NCBI GenBank assembly: GCA_964464475.1 | Contig: CAYXGG010000012.1 | Coordinates: forward strand, 2,611 to 59,622 | DNA: 57,012 nt | Reading direction: 5' to 3' | From: an uncultured Planctomycetales bacterium | Lineage (GTDB): Bacteria > Omnitrophota > Gorgyraeia > Zapsychrales > JAHFFX01 | Part shown: in pieces, positions 20,488 to 28,975 of the stretch | How the letters are laid out: each line of letters starts with the position of its first letter | Numbering within the stretch: the stretch's first letter is position 1 | The notes under the pieces: model-generated | Seen by the model: the letters and a program-made list of their open reading frames with translations, nothing else | Database searches by the model: none | Told to the model about the DNA's origin: nothing | Translations under genes and position numbers: made by a program

Positions 20488-20872
20488 GCAAGTATTAGAA
20501 GAGCGAAGGCAGTTTGTCCGAGCAAAGCGCATTTTAAGCGTTCGTCATCGCTTACATTTGCGTAAAGGTCGACAAATGCATGAGTTCTGGTATTTGTCCA
20601 CCACGGAAGACATGAGCGTCAATGGTTTACTTTTTACTTCCGCTATGCCTTATCAAAAATCCGATGTAATTGAATTAGAAATTGTCATGTCCGGAGTATT
20701 GGACATTTTTCGTGGATTTGGGAAGGTGGTCAGAGTTTTGAAAAAGGAATCTGGGGCCTTTTACAATGTTGCCGTTCAGTATGTCGATCTAAAGGGGAGG
20801 CCGGCTTTTAATGAACACGGCTCCCGTAGAAAGAATTTGGTATCGGCTAGGAAAGCGGTAAAACGTAAGTAA
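20480..20872 (+). CDS. Stand-alone PilZ domain protein
   Basis: RRQFVR (RxxxR) and DMSVNG (DxSxxG) c-di-GMP motifs; basic C-terminal tail. Confidence 0.75.
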   Translation: MVKQVLEERRQFVRAKRILSVRHRLHLRKGRQMHEFWYLSTTEDMSVNGLLFTSAMPYQKSDVIELEIVMSGVLDIFRGFGKVVRVLKKESGAFYNVAVQYVDLKGRPAFNEHGSRRKNLVSARKAVKRK

Positions 20873-20890
20873 TGTTGCTATGTTGGCTAT

Positions 20891-20931
20891 AAAAAGCCCC
20901 TGAAACTGAAAAGTTTCAGGGGCTTTTTTTT
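20891..20931. terminator. Bidirectional rho-independent terminator
   Basis: AAAAAGCCCCTGAAACT-GAAA-AGTTTCAGGGGCTTTTTTTT. Confidence 0.9.
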
Positions 20932-20958
20932 ATGTTTAAAAAACAATAAGAAATGCTC

Positions 20959-20996
20959 TTGTTTGCTTAAGCAGGATCGTTTACAATTTAATTGTA
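20959..20996 (+). promoter_or_regulatory. Putative promoter with overlapping 7-1-7 palindrome
   Basis: TTGTTT-17-TACAAT; TACAATT-T-AATTGTA at 20982-20996 overlaps the -10. Confidence 0.5.
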
Positions 20997-21018
20997 GTCT
21001 CAATTACAGGAGGTAGAC

Positions 21019-21309
21019 ATGGCCACATTTTTTCTTTTTGGTAAGTATTCTCACGAGGCTTTAAAGAAAATTAGTCCCGATCGAACACGTAAAGCTATCA
21101 CACTGATTCAGAAAAGTGGAGGTAGAGTTAAGTCTGTTTATGCTATGTTGGGTGGTAACGATCTAGTTTTTATCGTTACTTTACCTGGGGCGGCCCAAGC
21201 AACGATGGTGTCCATTGCGTTAACACGTTTGACCGGTATTTCGTTTACTACTTCGGAAGCGATTCCGGTCGATCAATTTGATAAATTAGCAAAAGAAATG
21301 GGAGCTTAA
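21019..21309 (+). CDS. GYD-domain protein
   Basis: GGRVKSVYAMLGGNDLVFIV pattern of GYD family; strong RBS AGGAGG. Confidence 0.75.
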   Translation: MATFFLFGKYSHEALKKISPDRTRKAITLIQKSGGRVKSVYAMLGGNDLVFIVTLPGAAQATMVSIALTRLTGISFTTSEAIPVDQFDKLAKEMGA

Positions 21310-21332
21310 GTAGAATTTTCAGTTTATAATGG

Positions 21333-21366
21333 GGGCGGTTGGCAAGACTTTGCCAACCGCCCTTTT
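21333..21366 (+). terminator. Rho-independent terminator
   Basis: GGGCGGTTGGCAA-GACT-TTGCCAACCGCCC-TTTT. Confidence 0.85.
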
Positions 21367-21426
21367 GCGTCTAACCTGCTTTATTAATGCGCTGCGGCTG
21401 TTTCTTTGATTATCTCTGGAGGCATC

Positions 21427-21879
21427 ATGGATTCTGGCATCATCAGAAATTATCGAGATCAAAACAATAGTCCAATTATTTTTGATTTTGGAAAAGGTCG
21501 AGTGAAGATTTACGCCCGGGCCGTTGATCCTTATCCTACCCATGATTTGGAGTTTTCGCATATATTTCTGGAAGTAATCCCGGCTCAAGGGCCATTCCCT
21601 AATAATAAGGCTGGCTGGGGGCTCACCTTACATTTTGTGGCTTCCAAAAGCGGTGGCGCAGAGCAAACAGGTTTTCGGCAATTTTTTTGGTCGGCTAATA
21701 AAAATGAAACAATGCATTTAGCCAACGATTTGTCTAAACGCTGTGGATGTAAATTAGAAATTCATGAACAGACATTGGTGCCAACAGCTCCCATCAAAAC
21801 TATAAAATGGCGATTCTGGTTTACCTTAATGGCGCTGAGCCTAATTATGATTATCGCTGCTTGTTTTCTGCTCAAATAA
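21427..21879 (+). CDS. Hypothetical protein with C-terminal TM anchor
   Basis: ORF with GGAGG RBS before ATG 21427; hydrophobic C-terminus. Confidence 0.55.
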   Translation: MDSGIIRNYRDQNNSPIIFDFGKGRVKIYARAVDPYPTHDLEFSHIFLEVIPAQGPFPNNKAGWGLTLHFVASKSGGAEQTGFRQFFWSANKNETMHLANDLSKRCGCKLEIHEQTLVPTAPIKTIKWRFWFTLMALSLIMIIAACFLLK

Positions 21880-21886
21880 GTCAGAC

Positions 21887-22540
21887 ATGATTCCTTACCG
21901 AGACGATAATCCCATCCACGGAGTGCCTTTTATTACCGTATTGTTAATTTTTCTTAATCTGGGAATTTATTTCTTTTTGACTGCAGGATTTAATTATGAG
22001 GGTATAGTCAATCATTATGGATTCGTTCCATCAGAAAAACGGCTTATTACTTACGGAACAAGTATGTTTTTACATGGTGGAATGGCACATTTGATTTTCA
22101 ATATGTGGTATTTATGGCTTTTTGGTGATAATTTGGAAGATGAATTGGGGCATTTGGGATTTCTCGTATTCTATTTAATGGGAGGAATCATTTCGATGTT
22201 TTTACATGATCTCATGACTTTTGAGCCAGCTTTGAGAAATGTTCCTGCCATAGGAGCCAGTGGTGCTATTAGTGCGGTAATGGGCGGTTACGTAACGCTT
22301 TTTCCGCACGCGCAGATTCGTATGTTTTGGTTTCTGCTTTACACTGTCCAAACTTTTAAAATTAGTGCTGTTTTCTTCCTGGGTTTTTGGTTTTTGCAGC
22401 AGCTTATTTCTGGGGGAGCGGGTGCTTTGGCGGGTGTTTCCACCGGTGTAGCTTATTGGGCCCATATTGGAGGCTTTATTTTTGGAATTCTTGTTGGATG
22501 GGGGGTAAGAGGAATTAAAACTAGGTATTATCTTAGTTAG
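21887..22540 (+). CDS. Rhomboid family intramembrane serine protease
   Basis: MIPYRDDNP, MFLHGG..H..NM, FGDNLED, GASGA catalytic Ser, AYWAHIGG catalytic His. Confidence 0.93.
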   Translation: MIPYRDDNPIHGVPFITVLLIFLNLGIYFFLTAGFNYEGIVNHYGFVPSEKRLITYGTSMFLHGGMAHLIFNMWYLWLFGDNLEDELGHLGFLVFYLMGGIISMFLHDLMTFEPALRNVPAIGASGAISAVMGGYVTLFPHAQIRMFWFLLYTVQTFKISAVFFLGFWFLQQLISGGAGALAGVSTGVAYWAHIGGFIFGILVGWGVRGIKTRYYLS

Positions 22541-22596
22541 TCATTTGGATGAATGATGCTAAAATGATTTAGGTTTATTAAGAAAAGGAGGGTGAT

Positions 22597-22779
22597 ATGG
22601 AAGAAAAAAAAGATAATTCAAGCTGTTGCTCGTCAGGTAATGCAAAGTGCTGTTGTGCCAAAAAGTTGTATTGTTTATTGTTTGTTGTTGCTATCTTTTT
22701 GTTGGGTTTCTTGTTGGGAAAATGTGGTATTTGTCCCATGAGCGGCGCTAAAGTATGTCCCGTGGCGCACTCGAATTAG
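22597..22779 (+). CDS. Small Cys-rich single-pass membrane protein
   Basis: RBS AAGGAGG; CC/CCC cluster, one TM, CGICP..CP. Confidence 0.65.
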   Translation: MEEKKDNSSCCSSGNAKCCCAKKLYCLLFVVAIFLLGFLLGKCGICPMSGAKVCPVAHSN

Positions 22780-22785
22780 TTCCTA

Positions 22786-22829
22786 TCGGCCCGCGTTGCA
22801 GTATTTTAGTCGCGGGCCGAGTAGTTTTT
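22786..22829 (+). terminator. Probable terminator hairpin
   Basis: Perfect 10-bp stem TCGGCCCGCG/CGCGGGCCGA, 15-nt loop, short T-tract after. Confidence 0.55.
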
Positions 22830-22878
22830 GTAGTCGTTAATCTATAATTCAAAGAATTTTCAAGCATGAGGAGAATAC

Positions 22879-24255
22879 ATGGGTTTTTTAGGGTCAGTGG
22901 GGCGTCCACTGAGTGTCGCTGTGGTTGGAGCCGGGCCAAGCGGTTTTTATGCCGCTGAAACATTACTGAACGGGCAAGTCGTTTGCTCTGTAGATGTCTT
23001 TGATCGATTACCAGCACCCTTTGGATTGGTGCGTTATGGAGTGGCCCCGGATCATCCTAAAATTAAAAGTGTTACCAAGGTTTTTGAGAAGGTAGCCGCG
23101 CATCCGCATTTTAACTTTTGGGGTAATGTGCATATTGGAAAAGATGTAACGGTTGAAGAATTAAGAGATTGTTACGACATTATTGTCTTTACCTGTGGGG
23201 CACAAACAGACAAACGTTTAGGCATTCCTGGCGAGGATTTACGCGGTAGCTATACCGCTACCGAGTTTGTGGCTTGGTACAATGGTCATCCAGATTATCG
23301 TGACCGGCAATTTGATTTATCTCAGGAAGTTGCCGTTGTGATTGGCCAAGGGAATGTTTCTATGGACGTTAGTCGCATTTTATGCAAATCAGCTGATGAA
23401 TTAAAGAATACCGATATTGCTCAGCATGCTTTAGAGAGCCTTTCTCAAAGTAAGCTTAAAGAAGTTCATTTGATCGGTCGACGTGGTCCCGCACAAGCGG
23501 CCTTCACTCCTCCCGAAATTAAAGAAATGGGTGAGTTGCATGATTGTGATGTGTTATGCTCTGCAGACGAATTGCTGTTAAACTCTGAGAGTGAACAGGA
23601 ATTAGCGGATGGTGCTTTTCCTAATCGGCGTCGGAATTATGATATTTTGACACAGTACGCGCAGCGTTTGCCTAGTGGAAAGAAAAGAAAGTTAGTTATT
23701 CATTTTTTGAGAAGTCCTAAAGAATTACAAGGCAATGCGCGGGTTGAACGCGTTATTTTGGAAAGAAATGCATTGTCAGGCGAAACCGGTAACCAGCAAG
23801 CTATTGGTACTGGCAAATTAGAATCGCTCGATTGCGGAATTGTATTTCGGAGTGTGGGTTATCGAGGTGTTCCCATCAAAGGGGTTCCTTTTGATGACCG
23901 AAGAGGTGTTTTTGCAAACCTTGATGGAAGGATTGCTGAGAATGGGAAAGTGATTCCCGGGTTATATTGTTCCGGTTGGATTAAACGGGGTCCTTCGGGA
24001 GTTATAGGAACCAATAAAGCAGATTCAGATGCAACGGTAAGAAATATTTGGGCTGATCTGGCTCATTTACCTGCTTGCGCTAATCCTGATTCTGAGCGAA
24101 TTAGAAATCTTTTGGAGAAAAGGAATGTCCAGATCGTTAGTTTTCAGGATTGGAAGAAGATTGATGCTGCTGAAGCGAGTCGCGGACTGATCGTTGGTAA
24201 ACCGCGGGAAAAATTTACTCGGGTGAGTGAGATGTTAAATAGCGTGACTACTTGA
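22879..24255 (+). CDS. Ferredoxin--NADP+ reductase (FprA/adrenodoxin-reductase type)
   Basis: GAGPSG, PFGLVRYGVAPDH, WYNGHPD, GQGNVSMD, GRRGPAQAAFT, GWIKRGPSGVIGTN, GKPREK. Confidence 0.9.
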   Translation: MGFLGSVGRPLSVAVVGAGPSGFYAAETLLNGQVVCSVDVFDRLPAPFGLVRYGVAPDHPKIKSVTKVFEKVAAHPHFNFWGNVHIGKDVTVEELRDCYDIIVFTCGAQTDKRLGIPGEDLRGSYTATEFVAWYNGHPDYRDRQFDLSQEVAVVIGQGNVSMDVSRILCKSADELKNTDIAQHALESLSQSKLKEVHLIGRRGPAQAAFTPPEIKEMGELHDCDVLCSADELLLNSESEQELADGAFPNRRRNYDILTQYAQRLPSGKKRKLVIHFLRSPKELQGNARVERVILERNALSGETGNQQAIGTGKLESLDCGIVFRSVGYRGVPIKGVPFDDRRGVFANLDGRIAENGKVIPGLYCSGWIKRGPSGVIGTNKADSDATVRNIWADLAHLPACANPDSERIRNLLEKRNVQIVSFQDWKKIDAAEASRGLIVGKPREKFTRVSEMLNSVTT

Positions 24256-24281
24256 ATCAATATTGAGATGTAATTTACTTG

Positions 24282-24317
24282 AAGGGGGTGGGGAAGCCCA
24301 GGCTTCCCCACCCCCTT
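24282..24317. terminator. Terminator hairpin between convergent FNR and sulfite reductase genes
   Basis: AAGGGGGTGGGGAAGCC-CA-GGCTTCCCCACCCCCTT perfect inverted repeat. Confidence 0.8.
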
Positions 24318-24325
24318 ATAGTTAA

Positions 24326-26149
24326 TTAATCAATCACGCAGTCCGCGGAGAAGGGTTTATTCATCAGTTCGCTGGTTGCCGGATTATTTTTGAGATGTTG
24401 GATAATGGCCTCATGACCAATACGGCGATGAAAGGCACCCAAGTCTTCACCTGATTGTGCCGAAGCTTTATAAAATTTGAATAAGCTGTCGATCACGACA
24501 GGCACCTTTTCTCTAGGAATAGAGCGAAGATAAATGTCGTTACCATCTGACGAGGTGAGAGGTTTTCCCTGATAGCGGCCATCCTCAGAACCACCCAATT
24601 TGAACATATATCGATCTGAACCCGAACCAACCAGCCCGATCGTTTTGGTCGCGGGGCGAAAACATTGCCGTTCGCAACCCGTAATCCCGATGGATTCATT
24701 TAAGTGCCCCCAGCCTAGCGCTTCCAGTTCATCTAATAAAATCGGTTCATATTTTTCTGATTCCGTATAGGAAAGTCGGCAGGTGTCGAGTCCAACGCAC
24801 GCGCCAGAATTTAGGCGCAAGCGAGAAAAGGGTTTACCCTCGAAAGTTCCATAGTTGAATTTTGCGATTTCAGCTTCGAATTCGCTTTTTTGATTTTCCG
24901 GGATATTGGTAAAGAGCGCGTCTTGGTTTGGTGTGATGTACAACTCGACCGGAAATTTATCCATGAGCGAGCGCACCATGGTTTTTAGCTTGCCATTGCG
25001 ATGATCATTCGCTACGCGCCCATTTTCCAGATAAAGGCCATAGGCCCACTGGCGGTTGCTTGCTTGATAGTTCCAACCATGATGAAGGTGGCGTGGGCCA
25101 GAATCATAATTAGGCTCTGCTCGGTCAATTTTAAAGCTTAATTTTTTACTAACTTGTTCAAAATACCAATCAATGCCTAGCTTTTTGACACCGTATTTCA
25201 ATCTGGCCCAAAATCGATTTTGCCGATCGCCCCATTCTTGATGCACGGAGACAATGGCATCCATTACTTTTAGGATTTGGGATTCATCACATTGGCATAA
25301 GGGCAACCCGAGGGACGCTAGCGACGGCTTTCCATTGCGTTCTCCTTGGCCGCCCCCAATGTAGACTTGAAATTTAACGATTTTACCATCTTTGACCACG
25401 GGTGCTACGGACATGTCATTCGTGCGGTGCTCAACGCAATTATCAAGAGTTACTTTGCCAGTTGTACTGTCTTTATGAGCGCAAGCTATAGCAATTTTAA
25501 ACTTACGGTTTAGTAAGTTGGGTCCATACTGAAAGGATTCTTGTGGTTTGCGAACGCTTTTGGGATCAATTTCAAAAATTTGGATAAAAGGATCCATGGG
25601 TAAACGAAAGAATTCACCGACTTTCTGAGCGAACGCGTGAGCGTTAAAAAGTCCTGAATATTGTGATAAAGGGCAGGCCATCACGTTGCGGGTATTGTCT
25701 CCGCAACCATTCAGCGAATAATAACCTGATTCCGCGATGCTTTTGATTAGTTTGACGACGTTTTCTTTTTTGACCCAATGAAACTGAATGTTTTGGCGGT
25801 TGGTGAAGCGAATCGAGGGGTACCCATCAGAACTGATGGTGTATTTTTCCGTCAAATCATCAATAATCTGCCATTGCTGGCGAGTTAAGGGCCCTCCTCC
25901 GGGTACGCTAATTCGGATCATGTACATCCAGTCTTTGGGATCTCCGGATTTGGCCCGATCATATTCGAGGTAGATCCCTTGGGATTTGGCTAACTGTTCG
26001 GACTCCCAGGTTAGATCAGGAATGGCATTGCGAAATTCTTCATAAAGCTGACCTCGTCCACCGTTGGAGGCGAGTTTATTGAGTTCTTCTTTGGACAGTT
26101 GATCGGCAGGTGTTTTAAAATTAGGCGCGAATTCTTTCTTGACGGCCAT
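24326..26149 (-). CDS. Siroheme/4Fe-4S sulfite (or nitrite) reductase hemoprotein
   Basis: RQNIQFH, CGDNTRNV, RKFKIA, ARLKY, CVGLDTC and GCERQC ligands; ATG 26149 follows AAGGAG. Confidence 0.88.
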   Translation of the reverse strand: MAVKKEFAPNFKTPADQLSKEELNKLASNGGRGQLYEEFRNAIPDLTWESEQLAKSQGIYLEYDRAKSGDPKDWMYMIRISVPGGGPLTRQQWQIIDDLTEKYTISSDGYPSIRFTNRQNIQFHWVKKENVVKLIKSIAESGYYSLNGCGDNTRNVMACPLSQYSGLFNAHAFAQKVGEFFRLPMDPFIQIFEIDPKSVRKPQESFQYGPNLLNRKFKIAIACAHKDSTTGKVTLDNCVEHRTNDMSVAPVVKDGKIVKFQVYIGGGQGERNGKPSLASLGLPLCQCDESQILKVMDAIVSVHQEWGDRQNRFWARLKYGVKKLGIDWYFEQVSKKLSFKIDRAEPNYDSGPRHLHHGWNYQASNRQWAYGLYLENGRVANDHRNGKLKTMVRSLMDKFPVELYITPNQDALFTNIPENQKSEFEAEIAKFNYGTFEGKPFSRLRLNSGACVGLDTCRLSYTESEKYEPILLDELEALGWGHLNESIGITGCERQCFRPATKTIGLVGSGSDRYMFKLGGSEDGRYQGKPLTSSDGNDIYLRSIPREKVPVVIDSLFKFYKASAQSGEDLGAFHRRIGHEAIIQHLKNNPATSELMNKPFSADCVID

Positions 26150-26268
26150 AAGGACTCCTTTAAATAATGAATTAAATTGAGGTATTAATATAATACTAAC
26201 CCTCTCTAAAAGCAACGTTTTCTCTGGAGCCTTGCTTGTTGATTATTAGAGCGATAGACTAATCATCA

Positions 26269-27348
26269 ATGAACGGCGAACAGATAATCCCCCATACAGC
26301 AAAGTTCTGGCACTCGATGGACAATGGCCGTTTGCGGTGCGATTTATGCCCGCGGCATTGTCATTTGAGTGAAGGCCAACGCGGATTTTGTTTTGTTCGT
26401 CAGAATATTGATGGGGTTATGAATTTAACGACCTATGGCCGAAGCAGTGGTTTTTGTCTTGATCCCATAGAGAAAAAGCCTTTAAATCATTTCCTTCCTG
26501 GAACCAGCATTTTATCTTTTGGAACGGCAGGTTGTAATTTAGGTTGTAAATTCTGTCAAAATTGGAGTATTAGTAAGTCACGCGAATTTGATCGGTTGCA
26601 GGAAAAAGCGTCGCCAAAAAGAATAGCCCAGGCCGCTCAAGAGTTGGGCGCGAAGAGTGTCGCTTTTACGTACAATGATCCGGTTATTTTTGCGGAGTAT
26701 GCTATTGACTGTGCAGATGCGTGTCGAGCTGCGGGAATTTATTCAGTGGCCAAAACCGCCGGATACATTACCGAAAAAGCTAGGCCGGAATTTTTTTCTC
26801 ATATGGATGCCGCTAATGTCGATTTAAAGGCTTTTTCCGATCGTTTTTACCGAAATTTGACCTTGGCTGAACTTAAGCCCGTTTTGGATACCCTTATCTA
26901 CATCAAATCGCATACTTCAATGTGGTTAGAAATAACGACTTTGCTTATTCCTGATGAAAATGATTCCCCCAAAGAAGTTGAGGCGATGGCACGATGGATT
27001 AAAGGTAATTTGGGACCTGATGTCCCGTTACATTTTACCGCTTTTCACCCGGATTATCGTTTGATGAATAAATCTCCGACATCTTTAGCTATTTTGGCGC
27101 GTTCTCGAGGCATTGCGTTAGCTGAGGGCTTAAAATATGTTTATACAGGAAATGTTCATGATCCCTTAGGGGCAAGCACGTATTGTTATTCCTGTCAGCT
27201 TCTCCTTATTGAGCGAGATTGGTATGAATTAGGGGAATATCACTTAGTGGAGCGAAATCATTGCCAGTATTGTGATGCCATTTTACCGGGAGTTTTTGAT
27301 TTGACCCCAGGGAATTGGGGAAGACGCCGTGTCCCGGTATCTTTATGA
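26269..27348 (+). CDS. amrS: AmmeMemoRadiSam system radical SAM enzyme
   Basis: CDLCPRHC, DPIEKKPLNHFLPG, CNLGCKFCQNW, NVDLKAF, FTAFHPDY, YVYTGNVHD. Confidence 0.9.
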   Translation: MNGEQIIPHTAKFWHSMDNGRLRCDLCPRHCHLSEGQRGFCFVRQNIDGVMNLTTYGRSSGFCLDPIEKKPLNHFLPGTSILSFGTAGCNLGCKFCQNWSISKSREFDRLQEKASPKRIAQAAQELGAKSVAFTYNDPVIFAEYAIDCADACRAAGIYSVAKTAGYITEKARPEFFSHMDAANVDLKAFSDRFYRNLTLAELKPVLDTLIYIKSHTSMWLEITTLLIPDENDSPKEVEAMARWIKGNLGPDVPLHFTAFHPDYRLMNKSPTSLAILARSRGIALAEGLKYVYTGNVHDPLGASTYCYSCQLLLIERDWYELGEYHLVERNHCQYCDAILPGVFDLTPGNWGRRRVPVSL

Positions 27349-27407
27349 GAACGTAAAATTCATATTTTTTGCTTGGGGATTAATTTGTAGCGGTTAAAAT
27401 AACTGCA

Positions 27408-27426
27408 GTTAATGATAATCATTATG
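27408..27426. promoter_or_regulatory. Fur-box-like operator
   Basis: GTTAATGATAATCATTATG matches GATAATGATAATCATTATC at 17/19; just downstream of TAAAAT (27395-27400). Confidence 0.6.
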
Positions 27427-27990
27427 GCAAATTCGCGTTTACAAAAACTGGCTGAAATTCTCAAAAGAGTTGTTCTTGAGCTGTTTGCTAGAGATAATCG
27501 GGTTCAATTTTCCGATGAGCCTTTGTTAGTCGAAAAGGATATTTTGGAATATGATAGTCGGATGCGAGCGACGGCCATTGATAAATTTAATGCCTCGGCT
27601 TATCTCGCCGCGGTTAATTTTTATCGTTCTGAACAGGATTCAAAAGTTCACCAAGCCTTAGGGGTTTTGATTCTAAATTTGAAAGAAACGGCCACCGAAA
27701 GTATTTTAAAAGCAGTGGGCATTAAGGATTTTGAGGAGGATGAACCGGAAGTGGCGGCCCCTAAGTGTGGTGAATTTTGTCAGTGGTTGGCTCAAGAATA
27801 TCAAAAGGCTTTAATTGCCGAAGGCTACCCAGCGTTGCATCTTTCACAGGCGGTATTTGGTCGTAACAGTTTGGCTAGTGGTGTGGAGTTTTGCTACGAG
27901 GAGTATCAAAAAATAGATATTGAGTTTTCTTTGAAAAAAAACAAAGTGATGGTCTTGGAGTTGTCCTTAGGGCCTATTCACAAAAATTAG
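27424..27990 (+). CDS. Hypothetical protein, weak CheX-like pattern
   Basis: ORF; segment GVLILNL...CGEFCQWLA...LIAEGYPALHLS resembles the CheX layout; start could be 27412 or 27424. Confidence 0.5.
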   Translation: MANSRLQKLAEILKRVVLELFARDNRVQFSDEPLLVEKDILEYDSRMRATAIDKFNASAYLAAVNFYRSEQDSKVHQALGVLILNLKETATESILKAVGIKDFEEDEPEVAAPKCGEFCQWLAQEYQKALIAEGYPALHLSQAVFGRNSLASGVEFCYEEYQKIDIEFSLKKNKVMVLELSLGPIHKN

Positions 27991-27999
27991 GATAAATCT

Positions 28000-28227
28000 A
28001 TGCCTAGGATAGCCAGAGAATTAGTGACCAAGGTGCTTGAAAATATTCTACTTCGGCCAGAAGACCAGTTTTTGAAGGCGGATATTGCGGCGGCCTTGCA
28101 GGCTATTCCCGAACAGAACCTCAGCCCAGAAGTCAAAATTGATGTTGAGAAAGGTGTCACAGGGGTAGGGGCTGTTGAACAGCTAGACGCAATCCTGAAA
28201 CAATTTAGAAATGATAACGGAGCTTGA
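28000..28227 (+). CDS. Small hypothetical protein
   Basis: 75-aa ORF tightly packed in the + strand run. Confidence 0.55.
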   Translation: MPRIARELVTKVLENILLRPEDQFLKADIAAALQAIPEQNLSPEVKIDVEKGVTGVGAVEQLDAILKQFRNDNGA

Positions 28228-28230
28228 AGA

Positions 28231-28392
28231 ATGGCATTTTTATATAATCCCAAAACAAAGCAGGCGGTTCCGTGGGTTATCGTAATTATTTTTATGATTC
28301 CGGTGAGTATCTTTCTTTTAGTTTGGTTCTATTCACAAACAGTTGCGGCTAAGTCTACCCATTCAGCCCCAAGTTCAGCGACTAATCGTTAA
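28231..28392 (+). CDS. Small membrane protein (53 aa; not in ORF track)
   Basis: MAFLYNPKTKQAVPWVIVIIFMIPVSIFLLVWFYSQTVAAKSTHSAPSSATNR; exactly fills the gap, 3 nt after one gene and 2 nt before the sodC ORF. Confidence 0.55.
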   Translation: MAFLYNPKTKQAVPWVIVIIFMIPVSIFLLVWFYSQTVAAKSTHSAPSSATNR

Positions 28393-28394
28393 AA

Positions 28395-28943
28395 ATGAGG
28401 AGTTTTGAAATGGGAAAAATATTGAGAATGACTTTTTTCTTGGGTGGTGTGTTATTGCTAAATCAAAATTTGTGGGCCGAAGACGGTTACGCTGTACTTA
28501 GAGGCACCGAATCAGAAAGCATATCCGGTGAGGTCAAATTTATTGAAACAGAGGGTGGTCTTAAGGTCGTAGCTCAAGTAAATGGCCTAACTCCAGGGCA
28601 ACATGGCTTTCATATTCATGAATTTGGTAGCTGTGATAATAAAGGGGCTGGGGCGGGTGGGCATTACAATCCGTTAGGAGTTATGCACGGGCACCTGGAG
28701 CAAGATGGCCCTGAAAAAGCACATGCGGGTGACTTAGGCAATATAACGGCCCTTGAAAATGGGTCGGCAACTCTGGAAGGCTTTCTCCCTGAAGTGACTT
28801 TGAGCGCTGGAGAATGGAACATTGCCGGCCGGAGCGTTATTGTACACGAAAAGGCTGATGATTTTGGGCAACCGACTGGCAATGCGGGTGGTCGCGTTGC
28901 TTGCGGTACAATCATGATAAAGAAACTAGCAGACCAAGATTGA
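28395..28943 (+). CDS. sodC: Periplasmic Cu/Zn superoxide dismutase
   Basis: Signal peptide, HGFHIHE, AGGHYNP, HAGDLGNI, GRSVIVHE, GNAGGRVACG. Confidence 0.94.
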   Translation: MRSFEMGKILRMTFFLGGVLLLNQNLWAEDGYAVLRGTESESISGEVKFIETEGGLKVVAQVNGLTPGQHGFHIHEFGSCDNKGAGAGGHYNPLGVMHGHLEQDGPEKAHAGDLGNITALENGSATLEGFLPEVTLSAGEWNIAGRSVIVHEKADDFGQPTGNAGGRVACGTIMIKKLADQD

Positions 28944-28975
28944 ATATTTTAAGAATAACCGTCTATTAATTTTTT

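Noticed and set aside
21319-21588. 89-aa minus-strand ORF
   Set aside because: Overlaps a terminator hairpin and the better-supported + strand ORF with a GGAGG RBS
27987-28253. 88-aa minus-strand ORF
   Set aside because: Antisense to the 28000-28227 ORF, which fits the + strand gene packing
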